A stretch of 64,000 nt of DNA, from sequence record MN695334.1, one strand, 5' to 3'. A program made the translations under genes and the position numbers. Positions 28,701 through 38,189 of the stretch are shown here, piece by piece; positions within the stretch are counted from its first letter, which is position 1; every line of letters begins with the position of its first letter. The notes beneath the pieces were generated by a model that saw only the letters and a list, made by a program, of their open reading frames with translations, made no database searches and was not told the DNA's origin.

Positions 28701-30265
28701 TCCAGGATGTAGAATCTAAATGTAAAAGGGATCTTGGTTATTTTGTGGATGCCGTAACTACAGATTTATATACTGGCGGTAATTATTATAGTATTGAGTT
28801 TGTTAAACAGTATTTTAATGGCTCCACTCCAATCTCTGGTGGATTGATAGGTGAGGAAGTCGAATCAGTTTATGCATTTAATCAAGCAAGAGATCTGATG
28901 AAACGGGCAATTACTAATCAATTGACATATCAGGAAGTTGGTATCAGTACTGGTCCTATACAGTATGGTGGATCAGGTGGAAATGTTTCGAATACAAGTT
29001 TAAATTCCTGTACGGATGTTCAAAATACAGTAGATACTTTAGTTAGTATCATCACCACTGTAATTGGTTCAGGTAGTCTTTCAACTCTACCAACGGTAAA
29101 TCCAGGTATTTTCCTTAATGGTGAAAATGTATGTAGACGAGATCTTGGATATATTTTAGATGCAATTATAAGTGATTTGCGAAGCTATACAAACGAAAAG
29201 ACTTTATTGGCACGAGATGCCTATTTTAATCAAAGTGGCATTATTGGAATTTCCTCTGAAAGGCAACAATCAATTGTAGGATTTACTTCATTAAGAGAAT
29301 ATGCGAAACTCGCAATTAATAATCAATTAAATAATAAGGATTTGGCTTTAATTGACGATCCACTTACACAATCTAATGCTAATATAAATTCTTGTTCTGA
29401 TGTCCAGAGTTTTATTGACAATTTAATTTCTTATTTAATTACTGATTTGACTAATCAAACACCGGGAAATTATCCAACTAATCTTACCAGTCAATCTTTT
29501 ACAGTGAATGTTGGAGTTTCTACTTTGCAACATTACTATGCTTTTGGTGGTAAAGTTAAAAATTATGTAAGCAGGCCATATGATGGCCAGGTATTATATT
29601 TTGATGATCTTTATTCTGAAGTCGCTTCGATAGAAATTATCAATGGTGGTTCTGGATATCAAGAATCTCCCGATTTCATTTTTTCTGAAGCAGAAACTGA
29701 TTGGGGAATTCCAGCACAAGCAATCGCCACCATACGCAATGGAACTATTACTGAGGTTAACTTAGTTTCAAGTGGAAGAGGATACTTATTACTCCCAACA
29801 CTAGAAATCACCACCCCAAATGCTGGAATAAATACTGCAACATTCGCATTCACAATGAAGCCTACATACTTTAGTGTTTCTAGTTCAACGCCAATTGATT
29901 CAACTGGAATTACCACAATTACTTTGAATGAAAATATTCCTTATTTTGTGAATTCTGGGGCTGGAGTAAAGTTTTTCAAACAAAGTAAAATTCTTGCATC
30001 TAGCCATTGTATGGAATATATTGGAACAGGGCCTGATATTCAAAGGGCTATTCCTGTTTTGGGTGGTGTTCCAATACAAGAAAATGAAACGATTTCAATT
30101 AATGGTGGTTTGGTTGTATATACCACGACTGATCAGGCTGGAAATTTTAGAATTGGTGAAGGAGTTGTAATTAATCAAAATACTGGTCGAGTGTCTGGTA
30201 CGGATTATACAAAGAGTCTTTTTGCAACACTGACCCCATTCATACTATCATTAGGAGGAGAATAA
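25772..30265 (+). CDS. Large tail fibre/baseplate-associated structural protein with five internal repeats
   Basis: TATAAATA 25719; N-terminal VPGKAPT, beta-helix-like region, five C.RD(L/I)GY..DA modules. Confidence 0.75.
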   Translation: MNTLPSIKYPRSFVPGKAPTPEQLPFGLMAINHYDGDIFVKRSRSGIGTDVVKVGSGATTTNLIWVTKDGKDTNTGKKQGDAKATIKAAVADSKEGTVIRVTAGIYEEDNPIKLPPQVSIVGDSLREVTVTPLNDDDLFYVGAGNYITGMSYVKEQNTYPLAIVSFDPSDKPYINQSTYVQNCTNFIPNSIGMKIDGNNALGPLKSMVLDSFTQYNPNGIGISITNEGYAQLVSLFTICSDISVYCGTGGACDLTNSNSSFGNKALVANGVSPLKYNARVATEINPSDFIIEVDLSTPSFYVTDASYNNITGDVQIYTDSPHEFVSGMSVEIVGLAFTCNSSPNFVNIGRYQDAANMILLNKQEIVDKSLASIALGHSDFYFPGDNQTTAYSRYKDSYRLIIKNKEEIVDKSLASIAIGYPDFYFPGDTQTNSRSQYFDSYRLIQLNKSEIVGIAWTAIINQYPTVSSTETKCKRDLGYFVDAISTDIFTGGNRYSRDFTKQYFDSDGNPITNGINDIEEINAALVGFTTVRELMKQAITNTLVGSAYSDLTITADPNPLNGPISNTNPTSCDGVQHQINTLVSIVTTVIGNSNVGFLTTFTENKGVFTPGSSKCMRDLGYFVDAVSTDIFLGGNKYSRDFTKQYFNVVGVAITNGLVGEESQSVYAFNAARDWMKAAISNQLNNKDSGISVGPAEYGGGGGNLPNISPNSCTDVKNAVDTLVGIVTNVLGTNNIGFLTTFNETTRTFIPLGEDKCSRDIGYVVDALVNDLKFNTNANIFEAANAYFDSSGVPISNGLVDEEAESITAFTAVREYSKLAINNQLNKKDFTLIPDPLTGSNNAENSCSNAKTTIDNLIGILNNSIATATRPGNPTLPPNILIYPSGKKGNIFEVIYTSPGRYLDAADRIEANRKEILDKSLVGIALSYSDFTYPNDNINDLSYRFKDATRLVLKNKSEIVGVAWTNTYNEFVCNLNEVQDVESKCKRDLGYFVDAVTTDLYTGGNYYSIEFVKQYFNGSTPISGGLIGEEVESVYAFNQARDLMKRAITNQLTYQEVGISTGPIQYGGSGGNVSNTSLNSCTDVQNTVDTLVSIITTVIGSGSLSTLPTVNPGIFLNGENVCRRDLGYILDAIISDLRSYTNEKTLLARDAYFNQSGIIGISSERQQSIVGFTSLREYAKLAINNQLNNKDLALIDDPLTQSNANINSCSDVQSFIDNLISYLITDLTNQTPGNYPTNLTSQSFTVNVGVSTLQHYYAFGGKVKNYVSRPYDGQVLYFDDLYSEVASIEIINGGSGYQESPDFIFSEAETDWGIPAQAIATIRNGTITEVNLVSSGRGYLLLPTLEITTPNAGINTATFAFTMKPTYFSVSSSTPIDSTGITTITLNENIPYFVNSGAGVKFFKQSKILASSHCMEYIGTGPDIQRAIPVLGGVPIQENETISINGGLVVYTTTDQAGNFRIGEGVVINQNTGRVSGTDYTKSLFATLTPFILSLGGE

Positions 30266-30266
30266 A

Positions 30267-30620
30267 ATGGCATTAGCATTAAATCTATATAAAACAAGAA
30301 CTGGAATAGCGACTACAACTCCGGTTAGTATCTATAGAGCACCTGTTGGATACACTGGTGTAGTTTTATTATCTAATATAGCAAATGTGGGTGGAAATAC
30401 CGAAACGATTACGCTAATACATAATAGAGTTACTAATATTTCTGGAACTATCACTACAACGAGAACTGAATTTTTTGAAGATTTTCCTATTGAACCAAAT
30501 GACGCAATCACAGCAATAAAGGGAAAATGTTGTTTAGAACCGGGGGATTCTTTAATAATTTCTTCAAGTGCTGCAGTTGGAATCAAATATATTTTTAGTA
30601 TTTTAGAGACACTTAATTAA
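30267..30620 (+). CDS. Tail-fibre-associated small protein
   Basis: MALALNLYKT...Y.APVGYTGVVLLSNIAN...LEPGDSL...SILETLN. Confidence 0.65.
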   Translation: MALALNLYKTRTGIATTTPVSIYRAPVGYTGVVLLSNIANVGGNTETITLIHNRVTNISGTITTTRTEFFEDFPIEPNDAITAIKGKCCLEPGDSLIISSSAAVGIKYIFSILETLN

Positions 30621-30629
30621 TTAAAGAAA

Positions 30630-33600
30630 ATGCCAGAATATTTAAGCGGTAAAAAAAGAACACAAAAAATAGGTATTAACAGCTATTCAGAAAATACTGA
30701 TACGACTGAAATTGTTGGTAATATTTTAGTTAATTCTGGTAAAATTGGTGTGGGTACAACTGTCCCAACACAAGATGTAGATGTAGAAACAATACGTATA
30801 AGAGATGATTTATATGATTATACTAATTTTCCTGGGTCGTTAGGTTATTTTTTAAGTAAAGATGCTGGCGGAATTAAATGGGTTGAAGTTCCGCCTATTG
30901 ATTCCTCGTCTATACTTGTTTCTGAAAATAATAATATTGTAGGGGTAAGTTCTTTTATTGGAATTAATATTATTTCGGATGATTTTCCAATTGTTAATCC
31001 AAATCCATCGAATCCGAATATTGCGGATATTAATTTAGTTCAAAGATGGGTAAAGAGTGGTGATTCTGGAATATATACTACAAAAAATGTAGGTATTGGA
31101 ACGACTATTCCAGTAACGGATTTCCAGGTTGGGTTTGGGACAACTGGTGTTACTATTGATGGGGGAGTTGGTGTCGTTAGTGCATTAGGTTATTTTGGAG
31201 AATATGCCAACATTAATGATTTAATTGTAGACCAAGTAACTGTTACAAATACGTTAAATGTCACAGGTTTGGGTGGATCCAATATTTCTGTATCTCTTGC
31301 CTCAAATGGTGGAATAACTACCACAGGAGGTGACCTTTATGTTGGTGGTCTTTTAGTTGCAGGTTTAATAGAAATTGAAAGTTTAGAGGTTAAAAATATA
31401 AATTCGACTGGTATTTCAACTTTCAATATTGCAAATATTAATGTTGGTATTTTGACTGATCTTGTCGTAACCGGATTAACATCGACAAAAAATATAAACG
31501 TAGATGGAAATCTTATTGCATCTGGTATAATAACTTCACCCATTTTTGTTGGTGATCTGATAGGGAATGCAACTACTGCAGATTATGCAACACTTGCTGG
31601 ATTTGCTTCCGCTTCTGCTGGTATAGCAACTTTTGCGGCATTTGCTGGATATGCAACCTCTGCCGGTATAGCGACATATTCTTCTTTTGCGGGTATATCT
31701 ACTTTTGCAACCTCTGCGGGATATGCCGCAACTGCTGGTATAGCGACATATGCAATTTCTGCAGGTATAGCTACATATTCCTCTTCTGCAGGTATAGCCA
31801 CCTTTGCAACTACTGCTGGATATGCTGTAATTGCTGGTGTAGCTACATATTCCTCTTCCGCCGGTATATCTACTTTTGCAACCTCTGCGGGATATGCCGC
31901 AACTGCTGGTATAGCGACATATGCAACCTCTGCAGGTATAGCGACCTTTGCAATCTCTGCTGGATACGCCGCAACTGCTGGTGTAGCCACATATTCTTCT
32001 TTTGCTGGTATAGCGACATTTGCAACTACTGCTGGATACGCCGCAACTGCTGGTGTAGCCACATATTCTTCTTTTGCTGGTATAGCCACCTTTGCAACTA
32101 CTGCTGGATATGCAAGAACTGCAGGTATATCTACTTTTGCAATCTCTGCTGGATATGCCGCAACGGCTGGTATAGCGACCTTTGCTACCTTTGCTGCTTC
32201 TTCTGCAGGTATAGCCACTTTTGCGGCATTTGCTGGGTATGCCACCTCTGCTGGTATAGCGACCTTTGCTACCTTTGCTGCTTCTTCTGCAGGTATAGCC
32301 ACTTTTGCGACATTTGCTGGATATGCAACTTCTGCCGGTATATCGTCATACGCTTCTTCTGCTGGTATATCTACTTTTGCAACTACTGCTGGTATAGCCA
32401 CTTTTGCGGCCTTTGCTGGATATGCAACCTCCGCAGGTATATCTACTTTTGCAACTACCGCTGGTATAGCGACATTTGCAATCTCTGCTGGATATGCCGC
32501 AACCGCAGGTATATCTACTTTTGCAACTACTGCTGGTATAGCCACCTTTGCAACTACTGCTGGATATGCAAGAACTGCAGGTATATCTACTTTTGCAACT
32601 ACCGCTGGTATAGCGACCTTTGCAACTACTGCTGGATATGCAGCAACTGCAGGTATAGCGACCTTTGCTCAATTTGCTGCTTCTTCCGCCGGTATAGCGA
32701 CTTTTGCGGCCATTTCTGGGTATGCTGCAACTGCAGGTATAGCGACCTTTGCAACCTCTGCTGGATACGCAGCAACTGCTGGCATAGCCACCTTTGCAAC
32801 TACTGCTGGCATAGCCACCTTTGCAACTACTGCTGGATATGCAGCAACTGCAGGTATAGCCACTTTTGCTACCTTTGCTGCTTCTTCTGCAGGTATAGCC
32901 ACTTTTGCGGCATTTGCTGGATATGCAACTTCTGCAGGTATAGCGACCTTTGCAACTACTGCTGGATATGCAAGAACTGCAGGTATATCTACTTTTGCAA
33001 CTACCGCTGGTATAGCGACCTTTGCAACTACTGCTGGTATAGCCACCTTTGCAACTACTGCTGGATATGCAGCAACTGCAGGTATAGCGACCTTTGCTCA
33101 ATTTGCTGCTTCTTCCGCCGGTATAGCGACTTTTGCGGCCATTTCTGGGTATGCTGCAACTGCAGGTATAGCCACTTTTGCGGCATTTGCTGGATATGCA
33201 ACTTCTGCCGGTATAGCGACCTTTGCAACTACNGCTGGTATAGCGACATTTGCAACTACCGCTGGATATGCCGCAACTGCAGGTATAGCGACCTTTGCAA
33301 CTACTGCTGGTATAGCCACCTTTGCAACTACCGCTGGATATGCCGCAACTGCAGGTATAGCGACCTTTGCAACTACCGCTGGATACGCAGCAACTGCTGG
33401 TATAGCCACTTTTGCGGCCTTTGCTGGGTATGCCACCTCTGCAGGTATAGCTACCTTTGCTCAATTTGCTGCTTCTTCTTCTGGTATAGCAACTATTGCG
33501 ACCTTTGCAACTACTGCTGGATATGCTGCAACTGCTGGCATAGCCACCTTTGCTCAATTTGCCGCTTCTTCTGCAGGTATAGCCACTTTTGCGGCCACTG

Positions 33601-34322
33601 CAGGCATAGCGACCTTTGCAATCTCTTCTGGATATGCAACTACCGCTGGTATAGCGACCTTTGCAACTACCGCTGGATATGCAGCAACTGCAGGTATAGC
33701 CACTTTTGCGGCATTTGCTGGTATATCCTCTTATGCAACTTCCGCTGGTATGGCCACATATGCAACCTCTGCAGGTATAGCTACCTTTTCAACTACCGCT
33801 GGTATAGCGACCTTTGCAACTACTGCTGGTATAGCNACCTTTGCAACTACCGCTGGATTTGCTTCTTCTTCCGCTGGTATAGCNACCTTTGCAACTACCG
33901 CTGGATANGCNNNNACTGCAGGTATANCNACNTTTGCAACTACCGCTGGATTTGTAGTAAACGCTGGATATGCNGCAACTGCAGGTATAGCNACCTTTGC
34001 AACTACNGCTGGATATGCGAGAACTGCAGGTATATCTACTTTTGCAACTACCGCTGGTATAGCGACCTTTGCAACCTCTTCTGGATATGCAACCTCGGCA
34101 GGTATAGCTACCTTTGCAACTACTGTTGGATTTGCTGCTACTGCTGGCTATGCAAGAACTGCAGGTATTATTGTTAGATCTAATGATACTTTAGTATCAC
34201 CGGATCCAGTAGCAACAATCAATTTTCTTGGTATTGGCAATACCTTTTCAGTTGAGGGTGATGTTGTCAATGTTTACCACACTGCTGGATTTGCTGCAGG
34301 TCTTGCTATTGCTTTTTCATAA
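30630..34322 (+). CDS. Tail fibre-like protein with about 2.6 kb of AGIATFATT-type repeats
   Basis: MPEYLSG start, VGVGTT.P motifs, long low-complexity repeat; contains N bases. Confidence 0.7.
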   Translation: MPEYLSGKKRTQKIGINSYSENTDTTEIVGNILVNSGKIGVGTTVPTQDVDVETIRIRDDLYDYTNFPGSLGYFLSKDAGGIKWVEVPPIDSSSILVSENNNIVGVSSFIGINIISDDFPIVNPNPSNPNIADINLVQRWVKSGDSGIYTTKNVGIGTTIPVTDFQVGFGTTGVTIDGGVGVVSALGYFGEYANINDLIVDQVTVTNTLNVTGLGGSNISVSLASNGGITTTGGDLYVGGLLVAGLIEIESLEVKNINSTGISTFNIANINVGILTDLVVTGLTSTKNINVDGNLIASGIITSPIFVGDLIGNATTADYATLAGFASASAGIATFAAFAGYATSAGIATYSSFAGISTFATSAGYAATAGIATYAISAGIATYSSSAGIATFATTAGYAVIAGVATYSSSAGISTFATSAGYAATAGIATYATSAGIATFAISAGYAATAGVATYSSFAGIATFATTAGYAATAGVATYSSFAGIATFATTAGYARTAGISTFAISAGYAATAGIATFATFAASSAGIATFAAFAGYATSAGIATFATFAASSAGIATFATFAGYATSAGISSYASSAGISTFATTAGIATFAAFAGYATSAGISTFATTAGIATFAISAGYAATAGISTFATTAGIATFATTAGYARTAGISTFATTAGIATFATTAGYAATAGIATFAQFAASSAGIATFAAISGYAATAGIATFATSAGYAATAGIATFATTAGIATFATTAGYAATAGIATFATFAASSAGIATFAAFAGYATSAGIATFATTAGYARTAGISTFATTAGIATFATTAGIATFATTAGYAATAGIATFAQFAASSAGIATFAAISGYAATAGIATFAAFAGYATSAGIATFATXAGIATFATTAGYAATAGIATFATTAGIATFATTAGYAATAGIATFATTAGYAATAGIATFAAFAGYATSAGIATFAQFAASSSGIATIATFATTAGYAATAGIATFAQFAASSAGIATFAATAGIATFAISSGYATTAGIATFATTAGYAATAGIATFAAFAGISSYATSAGMATYATSAGIATFSTTAGIATFATTAGIXTFATTAGFASSSAGIXTFATTAGXXXTAGIXXFATTAGFVVNAGYXATAGIXTFATXAGYARTAGISTFATTAGIATFATSSGYATSAGIATFATTVGFAATAGYARTAGIIVRSNDTLVSPDPVATINFLGIGNTFSVEGDVVNVYHTAGFAAGLAIAFS
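31580..34170 (+). repeat. Coding tandem repeat built from short AGIATF/AGYA modules
   Basis: GCTGGTATAGCGACCTTTGCAACTACT-like units repeated many times; ambiguous bases at 33233 and 33836-34007. Confidence 0.95.
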
Positions 34323-34371
34323 ATAGTATGAAATTCAAACCACCTAATCCCACTGCTCATATAAAATAATC

Positions 34372-35034
34372 ATGAAACGTCAAGCTACCAGTTACACCTT
34401 TAATGCTTTGGCTAAAACCATCACTTTTTCGGGGTTTATTCCGGCGAGCTTGGAAAGCATTCTTTTTGTTGATAACCGCACTACTGGAACTCTGATGTTG
34501 GCTCCGGCTGGTGGTGCGTTGTTGACTGGAACTTATGCTAGCCCAGTCTTAACTTTGGCTGTTCCTACTGGGGGTATGACAAATACTGATGATCTACTTA
34601 TTTTTGTAGATGATGGTTCAGCGACGGTGGCGATATCGGCCACATCTTTACCAATATCTGTTGGAGCCGCTACTAGCTCATTGCAGGGTATTGGTAATAG
34701 TACCTTAAATAGTATTAACGTCAAGATCCCAGCACTGGTAAATGGATTGGTGCCTGTTGACATATTAAGTATTCCTGGTCAACCTAGATCTGTTGCGGCT
34801 GTGAATACTTCAACTAACCTAGCACTGACCACAACTTGTCGGCGTATTAGTATTACGGCTCGGGACGCCAACATTAGATTTAGTGTTGGAGTTGGTGCGC
34901 AGACAGCTTCTGCTACATCCCATTATATTTGGCAAGGAGAGAGGTTGGACTTTGCTGTGCCCGCAACTGCGAATATTGCTGCAATTCGCGCAGGAACATT
35001 AGATGGTACATTAGAAATTAGTGAATATCTATGA
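34372..35034 (+). CDS. Hypothetical structural protein
   Basis: 220-aa A/T/S/G-rich ORF; YTFNALAKTITF N-terminus. Confidence 0.65.
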   Translation: MKRQATSYTFNALAKTITFSGFIPASLESILFVDNRTTGTLMLAPAGGALLTGTYASPVLTLAVPTGGMTNTDDLLIFVDDGSATVAISATSLPISVGAATSSLQGIGNSTLNSINVKIPALVNGLVPVDILSIPGQPRSVAAVNTSTNLALTTTCRRISITARDANIRFSVGVGAQTASATSHYIWQGERLDFAVPATANIAAIRAGTLDGTLEISEYL

Positions 35035-35996
35035 GAATAAGTTCTACACGACGAACTATATCCAGAAATAGTGGGCGATTAAAGTTACCAGGAGAGGCTT
35101 GGCGTCGATGGGAAACTATAGATAATCAATGGAGATCTGTTTGCTTTTCTGAATCTCTTGGGATATTCTGTGCAGTATCAGCTAGTGGTACAGGTAATCG
35201 TGTCATGACATCACCAGATGGAATGAAATGGACCCTAAGAACATCGTCAGCCGATAACAATTGGAATTGTGTTTGCTTTGCTGAATCTCTTGGGTTGTTT
35301 TGTGCAGTAGCCAACAACGGCGTAACCAATTCAGTCATGACATCACCGGATGGAGTGACCTGGACTACAAGAACAGCCCCAAATGCCAACAACTGGGGTT
35401 CTGTGTGTTTTGCTGAATCTCTTGGGTTGTTTTGTGCAGTATCACAGAGTGGTACAGGTAATCGTGTCATGACATCACCGGATGGAGTGACATGGACCCA
35501 AAGAACCTCGGCATTTGATACCGTCTGGTATTCTGTCTGCTTTTCTGAATCTCTTGGGTTGTTTTGTGCAATATCATCCAACCGTACAATGATATCGTCG
35601 GATGGCGTGAACTGGACTGCAAACACAATTCCAAATAGTCTTTGGGGTTCCGTCATCTATGCTGAACCCCTTGGGTTGTTCTATGGGGTAACCGCTAATG
35701 GTAATGCTACCAATTCGGTCATAACATCACCAGATGGCGTGACATGGACTACAAGAGCAACTATAGATAACAACTGGGCTTCTGTATGTTTTTCTAAATC
35801 TTTCGGGTTGTTATGTGCTGTAGCCCGATTCGGCACAGGTAATCGTGTCATGACATCACCAGATGGCGTTACATGGACTGCAGGTACATCGGCAGCCGAT
35901 AACACCTGGACTACTGTATGTTTTTCTGAATCCCTTGGGTTGTTATGTGCTGTAGCCAACAACACCGTATTTGATTCAGTTATGACATCACCTTAA
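35031..35996 (+). CDS. BNR/Asp-box repeat beta-propeller protein
   Basis: Six to seven repeats of W.SVCF.ESLGLFCAV...VMTSPDGVTWT. Confidence 0.85.
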   Translation: MRISSTRRTISRNSGRLKLPGEAWRRWETIDNQWRSVCFSESLGIFCAVSASGTGNRVMTSPDGMKWTLRTSSADNNWNCVCFAESLGLFCAVANNGVTNSVMTSPDGVTWTTRTAPNANNWGSVCFAESLGLFCAVSQSGTGNRVMTSPDGVTWTQRTSAFDTVWYSVCFSESLGLFCAISSNRTMISSDGVNWTANTIPNSLWGSVIYAEPLGLFYGVTANGNATNSVITSPDGVTWTTRATIDNNWASVCFSKSFGLLCAVARFGTGNRVMTSPDGVTWTAGTSAADNTWTTVCFSESLGLLCAVANNTVFDSVMTSP

Positions 35997-36015
35997 ACCA
36001 AATTACTTTAAACTA

Positions 36016-36462
36016 ATGAACATCACTATTGGATCTACAGTTATTCGCGCTAATGAAGCGCCTCCTAATCTCGCCACCGTTCTTGATATTAGGGGCGACA
36101 CGGCTCACATTGAATATGAGGAGGGTGGAAATGGATATTGGCCAGTCGATACTCTGGAAATATATAATGCTCTACCGCCTCCTCGCTGGGTTGAGTTTGT
36201 TCTGTCATTGGCCACCGATGTGGCCGTAACTCAGTTTATCGTTGGTGTTTCTCAGGTAGCGCCGATGTTGGATCGTATGTTGACTGTGGGATTAGGTCAG
36301 GCGTCTCAAGGTGATTCACAAACATTCCTGGCTGCATGGGGAACAGCTTTAGCGTCAGGGATGGTACCACCACAATTGATTACATATCTACAAACCATTG
36401 CAGCTTCATATGACCTACCACCAGAATTTATTGCAGCTTTGTCACCACCGATAGTGGAGTGA
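36016..36462 (+). CDS. Hypothetical protein
   Basis: 148-aa ORF continuing the operon. Confidence 0.65.
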   Translation: MNITIGSTVIRANEAPPNLATVLDIRGDTAHIEYEEGGNGYWPVDTLEIYNALPPPRWVEFVLSLATDVAVTQFIVGVSQVAPMLDRMLTVGLGQASQGDSQTFLAAWGTALASGMVPPQLITYLQTIAASYDLPPEFIAALSPPIVE

Positions 36463-36550
36463 GTTTTTGATTATTGGTATATTGATTGAGTCTGTATAAA
36501 TATTGGTTACGACGATAACCTAAATAAATTAAATAATTGAGATACTCTTT

Positions 36551-36790
36551 ATGATTAAAATAACATGTAGGATGTGTGGAAAAGAAGTCCACACTCAAGG
36601 AATTTGTGGTTGCCCTAATATGGCGTCAATTCACAATGATAAAATTACTGCTTTCGATTTATCACAAATTGTTATGACCGAATCTACTAGCAATAATAAT
36701 TCCAATAGACATCTAACTAACATGGATCTAATGTGGCAAGAAGAAAGAAGGCGTCGAAAAATAAAGAAATTAGATTTTGATGAGAGATGA
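36551..36790 (+). CDS. Small Cys-containing hypothetical protein
   Basis: CRMC...CGCPN; TATAAATA 36495. Confidence 0.65.
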   Translation: MIKITCRMCGKEVHTQGICGCPNMASIHNDKITAFDLSQIVMTESTSNNNSNRHLTNMDLMWQEERRRRKIKKLDFDER

Positions 36791-37161
36791 ACTATAAACA
36801 ATTTTTAAGAGAATCTACGGAAAAACAAATTAAATCTTTTACTGAATTTGTAAAGGATTACCTTGAATTGGATTCACTGCCAAAAATTGTTGTAATTAAT
36901 GATCCAAAGTTTTCTATTGAAAATAAAACATTTGGTTGTTTTGATTTGATGAATGATGTAATTAAAATTCAAATTTCAAACAGACACCCCTTAGATGTTT
37001 TTAGAACTCTCGCGCATGAGTTAGTACACTTTCAACAGAAAAAAAGTGGTAAAGAAATGTCAGGGGAAACTGGTTCTGATTGTGAAAATGAAGCAAATTC
37101 AGTGGCAGGTGAAATATTAAGACATTATACCAAAACTGTTTCTAATCACGGATACAAATAA
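36787..37161 (+). CDS. Zn-metallopeptidase-like protein (HExxH)
   Basis: DVFRTLAHELVH..Q, E.EAN..AG; N-terminus MNYKQFLRES. Confidence 0.75.
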   Translation: MNYKQFLRESTEKQIKSFTEFVKDYLELDSLPKIVVINDPKFSIENKTFGCFDLMNDVIKIQISNRHPLDVFRTLAHELVHFQQKKSGKEMSGETGSDCENEANSVAGEILRHYTKTVSNHGYK

Positions 37162-37166
37162 AAATT

Positions 37167-37634
37167 ATGAAATTTAACTTTAACTTTGGAAGTAAAGAAA
37201 AAACTATTTTTGATTGGGTCAAAATTTCTTTGATTCTTGAAAGTATTCTTGAGTTTGTTTCAAGGACACTTAAGATCCCTAAGGATAAATTGTGGCCATT
37301 TATAGATGAAATTCAGCGAGAATTATTGAGAAGGGGTTGGATAGATGATACCGTAAATGAGTACATTATAGAAACCCCTGAACTGTTAGAACAAAGAGTG
37401 AAGCGAGATGTGGATGATGCTATTGTTGATTATGTGAAACAAGAGCCCGAAGAAATTAATATGAAAAATGAGACTATCTTGGCCGAGATAGAAAAAGACA
37501 AGTATACAGAAGAACAGAAGAAAACGGTAAAAGAAGCTATATTTTATGAAAAACAGCCTGATGGGAGTGCCGCCCAGGCCCTACTAGGTGGGGAAATGGG
37601 CATAAAGGGGAAATGGGTTGACAAAACCCAATAA
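37167..37634 (+). CDS. Hypothetical protein
   Basis: 155-aa ORF. Confidence 0.65.
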   Translation: MKFNFNFGSKEKTIFDWVKISLILESILEFVSRTLKIPKDKLWPFIDEIQRELLRRGWIDDTVNEYIIETPELLEQRVKRDVDDAIVDYVKQEPEEINMKNETILAEIEKDKYTEEQKKTVKEAIFYEKQPDGSAAQALLGGEMGIKGKWVDKTQ

Positions 37635-37655
37635 ACCTGCTATATAGTATATGAC

Positions 37656-37730
37656 CGGGTATTAGCTCAGTTTGGCCAGAGCGTTCCGTTTGGGGCGGAA
37701 AAGTCAAAGGTTCGAATCCTTTATACCCGA
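37656..37730 (+). tRNA. tRNA-Pro(TGG)
   Basis: Acceptor CGGGTAT/ATACCCG, anticodon arm TTCCG-TTTGGGG-CGGAA, T arm AAAGG-TTCGAAT-CCTTT; no encoded CCA. Confidence 0.95.
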
Positions 37731-37771
37731 TTGGTTGATTGACCAAACACACACACAGTAGAATAAAAATT

Positions 37772-37948
37772 ATGTCATTAACACCATACGAATTAAGGTT
37801 TAATATATTTCAGTTAGCTCAGTCGCATTTACTGGAAGAATATCATAATAAAATCGATACAAGTAATCCGGTTCAATTTCCTAATTATGAACAAATTAGT
37901 ATTTTAGCCGAAAAAATTAATAATTTTGTCTCAAGAGATACCAAATGA
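37772..37948 (+). CDS. Hypothetical protein
   Basis: MSLTPYELRFNIF...EKINNFVS. Confidence 0.6.
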   Translation: MSLTPYELRFNIFQLAQSHLLEEYHNKIDTSNPVQFPNYEQISILAEKINNFVSRDTK

Positions 37949-38187
37949 CAGCAATTGAATTTTGTTATTGGCTACAAGGATTTTTTGAAATTGATGGAGC
38001 AAGTTCACGGGCAGGTATTTCTCTTACTGACGCACAAGTTGAAATTATTCAACGACATCTTGCTCTTGTTTTTAAACATGATATTGACCCCAAAGCTGGC
38101 TCAATAGCATATCAAGCAGAATTACAACAAATACATGACGGTAAACCGACAAATACAGGACATGGATCTGTACTTTTTAGGTGTTAA
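37945..38187 (+). CDS. Hypothetical protein
   Basis: FCYWLQGFFEI...IQRHL.LVF; ATGA overlap. Confidence 0.65.
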   Translation: MTAIEFCYWLQGFFEIDGASSRAGISLTDAQVEIIQRHLALVFKHDIDPKAGSIAYQAELQQIHDGKPTNTGHGSVLFRC

Positions 38188-38189
38188 TT

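Noticed and set aside
31583-33557. Long minus-strand ORFs (31583-32545, 32346-33557, 32669-33046, 33098-33436)
   Set aside because: They are shadows of the stop-free + strand repeat, with no starts or ribosome-binding context of their own
35126-35965. Minus-strand ORFs over the BNR gene
   Set aside because: Antisense shadows of the repeat-rich + strand gene
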